Assembly (NCBI GenBank): GCA_963781885.1
Contig: CAWAHW010000007.1
Span: forward strand, 1-64,000
DNA length: 64,000 nt
From: an uncultured Spirochaetota bacterium
GTDB lineage: Bacteria > Spirochaetota > Spirochaetia > SZUA-6 > Fen-1364
Direction of reading: 5' to 3'
In this document: positions 61,730 to 64,000 of the stretch, one piece after another
Numbering within the stretch: position 1 is the stretch's first letter
Layout: the number at the start of each line of letters is the position of its first letter
Made by a program: the position numbers and the translations under genes
The notes under the pieces: generated by a model
Seen by the model: the letters and a program-made list of their open reading frames with translations, nothing else
Database searches by the model: none
What the model was told of the DNA's origin: nothing

Positions 61730-63733
61730 TTATTCTCCTTTCTCTTCGTCTTCGTTCTCGTCAGCGCTTTCGCCATCACTTGCCACCACCTCGAATTTTT
61801 TCTGCAACTCAAGACGTTGACAGTGATAGCCCAGCAGGTATTCGCCGGAAAGCTTCTTGTCGGATTGGAACTCCTCGTCCAGGAAAAGTGCGTGCACCGC
61901 GTCAAGCAGCTTTTTCATGTGGTGGAGAAACGCGGGCCGTTTACTCTGCAACCGGGTCTTGTAGGGAGTCAGCCCCCCCTCAATTATGCGCCACGTGGAA
62001 AAGGGGTGATCGGCGAATCGTTGCATAAGCTTTGCCGCGTTGGTGTCGCGCTTCTCTCCGCCAATGTAAAGAGCCCTTTCCTCGGTGTGCTCTGCGATTG
62101 CAAGCAAGCGACCGTATAAATAGTCACGAGAGCGCCGTTCTGGTTCCAAACCCATTTCGTAACTCCTTTCTCTACCAGATCCTTTGAAAAGTGCGCAGGC
62201 AATTCCAAGCGCTCTTTCCCAGTCCACATAGCTCAGACCGGCTCGGTTGGAAGCTCGATGTACGCAACCCTCCACCAAGTCACGGGGCACTGGCGCCGCG
62301 TCGATAATACACGGTAGCAGCCGCTCCACAGTCGTTCTTTTCAACTTGTCGGTGATCCTTCTGCCAAACGCTACCTCAGCGACTTCTCTGGGTGCCGGAG
62401 CACAAATACTCCACGTTGCTCTTACGTATGCCGCCTTGGCATTGACACCAGCGTCTTCCGTGAACAACAACAACGGCCAGGCAAAGGTCTTGTGCCAATC
62501 TTCGATCCGACCCAAGAACTCAATCCAGATAATTCACGGTAGTAGGTTATTGCCATTCTGCCTGGAGTTGCTGAATCCAGCCCCATGACGACCACCCCTT
62601 CGGTCACGCCGAGAGTTACTGTGTAGCCCGCGATCATTTTACTCAGGCGCAGCGCGAAAGTCTGACCGGAATCGGATATCTGAAGGGATTTCTCGCTACT
62701 ACTTTTGGCAGACGCAAGATTGTCGCCGGCTTCTGCTAACGCTTGGTCAAGCATCTCCTGGGTGCTGAGCAGCGGCGATGGCACATCCTTGCCGGATACT
62801 GCCCAGCTCACAACTGTGGATCCCCGCTTCGAAAGCCCTGCCGTTGGATCAGCCACCTCAGTGCGTTATGTGCCTTTTGGGTTACATCAAAGCCGACTCC
62901 ACACGCTTGGTCGGCGTCCAAGAATCTTCCCCGGAAAGTAAATCCGCTTAGGTCGTTCGACGAAATCAACTTGGCTTTGTCACCTGAGTTCCTGATTTTT
63001 GCGGGGTGTTGCTCTGCAAGCAGGACATTGTGTACTCCTGAGACGAAGCATACCCCGCGCTTTTCTTTTGTGCTCTGGTAGAACTTGATCCAGCTTTTTC
63101 GGATTGCCTGATCGCTCGAGAGGGACGTGTCTGGGTCACCGGGTTTCATCTCTACCGTCCAACGGACAAACGCATCTTCCGGGAGCTCTGTTCCCGCAAG
63201 AATAGAGAGAACCGGGTACTTGTCCTTCAGCGCAGTTTCGACACTTTTGGGCAACATGCCTTTATGGTCAAGCGGGAGCACGGCGTGGTCAACGGATCTT
63301 TAACCATGCGATTCTTCTTCACATACTTGAGCACAGCGGTCGTCTTGGGTTGCGGATCCTTCTCCACCCAACTTTGGAGTAGCTCCACGTATGATTCATG
63401 AGGTTCCGAAGGGTTCTTCGCATAGCCGGATGTCACTTCGCCGTCATAGTTGAGGAAGTCGCCCGCCACGTATTGCAGTTTGTCTGCGAGCGGATGGCTG
63501 GCCGGTCTTGTTCCCGCCCTTCCCCCTGAGGCTTCCGTGCATGGGATAATGGTCGCTCTCTCCTCTCGCGATAGACTTCGTGCTCTGAGGAAGCGCCCAT
63601 TCCCATCCAAAGTCACTTCGATATGCGCGTTTTGGGTCGTATGGCAGATTGGAAGAAGTGGAGCATCTGACGAGCTAATGCTGCCATGGACGGCATTCTC
63701 GTAAGTGTCATTAAGTTTCTGAATCCAGCTCAT
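61730..63733 (-). CDS. cas8c: Type I-C Cascade large subunit Cas8c (Csd1), split by three apparent 1-nt deletions
   Basis: Four consecutive ORF fragments: MSWIQKL..LLPICH, KLISSND..FTFRGRF, LDSATPGRMAI and RDYLYGRLLA..YLLGYHCQ. Breaks at about 63294, 62818 and 62523. Confidence 0.9.
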
Positions 63734-63738
63734 TGCTC

Positions 63739-64000
63739 CTAATCCTCCCTCACGCTTTTGAAGTTTGAATTCTCAAAAAAAAGTTTCGGGTGCATCTCGC
63801 GGATAAACTTGCGGACTTTGCAATCGCCCGGAAGGTCGAAACTGATCACGCCTTTCATCATTCTGGGAATCCAGAAGCGTGCCCAGAACTCGGGCTTACC
63901 AATCTCGTCTGGGTAGTCGAAACCATGAAACATCAGTCCCCAACTGAGCTCCGGATCGTCGTCATATTTGCCGTCGCCTGCTCCGAACTGACACGGTGCC
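63739..64000 (-). CDS. cas5: Type I-C Cas5 (Cas5d), 3' part only
   Basis: PCQFGAGDGKYD...LMFHGFDYPDE...RFW.P.M.KGVI.F C-terminus; the gene runs off the window edge. Confidence 0.9.
   Translation of the reverse strand, partial: APCQFGAGDGKYDDDPELSWGLMFHGFDYPDEIGKPEFWARFWIPRMMKGVISFDLPGDCKVRKFIREMHPKLFFENSNFKSVRED

Overview
This is a GC-rich bacterial chromosomal window, probably from a free-living spirochaete (inferred from gene families, not tested). The left half holds an SH3/M48-peptidase/ankyrin cluster, three tandem LuxR-type regulators, two REP-like palindrome clusters, a candidate ~110-nt small RNA with its own promoter and terminator, and a surface-protein cluster (beta-barrel/transglutaminase/TPR protein, FecR-like/TPR protein, large repeat lipoprotein). 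It also holds a hexuronate-to-6-phosphogluconate catabolic cluster (uxaE, SDR, PPi-type Pfk, DeoR, HAD, LarA-family epimerase, gnd), a VapBC module and an AbiEii-like nucleotidyltransferase. The right half is one very large type I-C CRISPR array (34197-58465, about 365 units estimated from span and period), followed by its leader and cas2-cas1-cas4-cas7-cas8c-cas5 on the minus strand; cas5 is cut by the window edge. The array contains re-acquired variant spacers, an exact duplicate, a strand-flipped spacer and over-long spacers. Several single-base indels, three of them in cas8c, suggest an imperfectly polished long-read assembly, so apparent fusions and pseudogenes need checking against reads.
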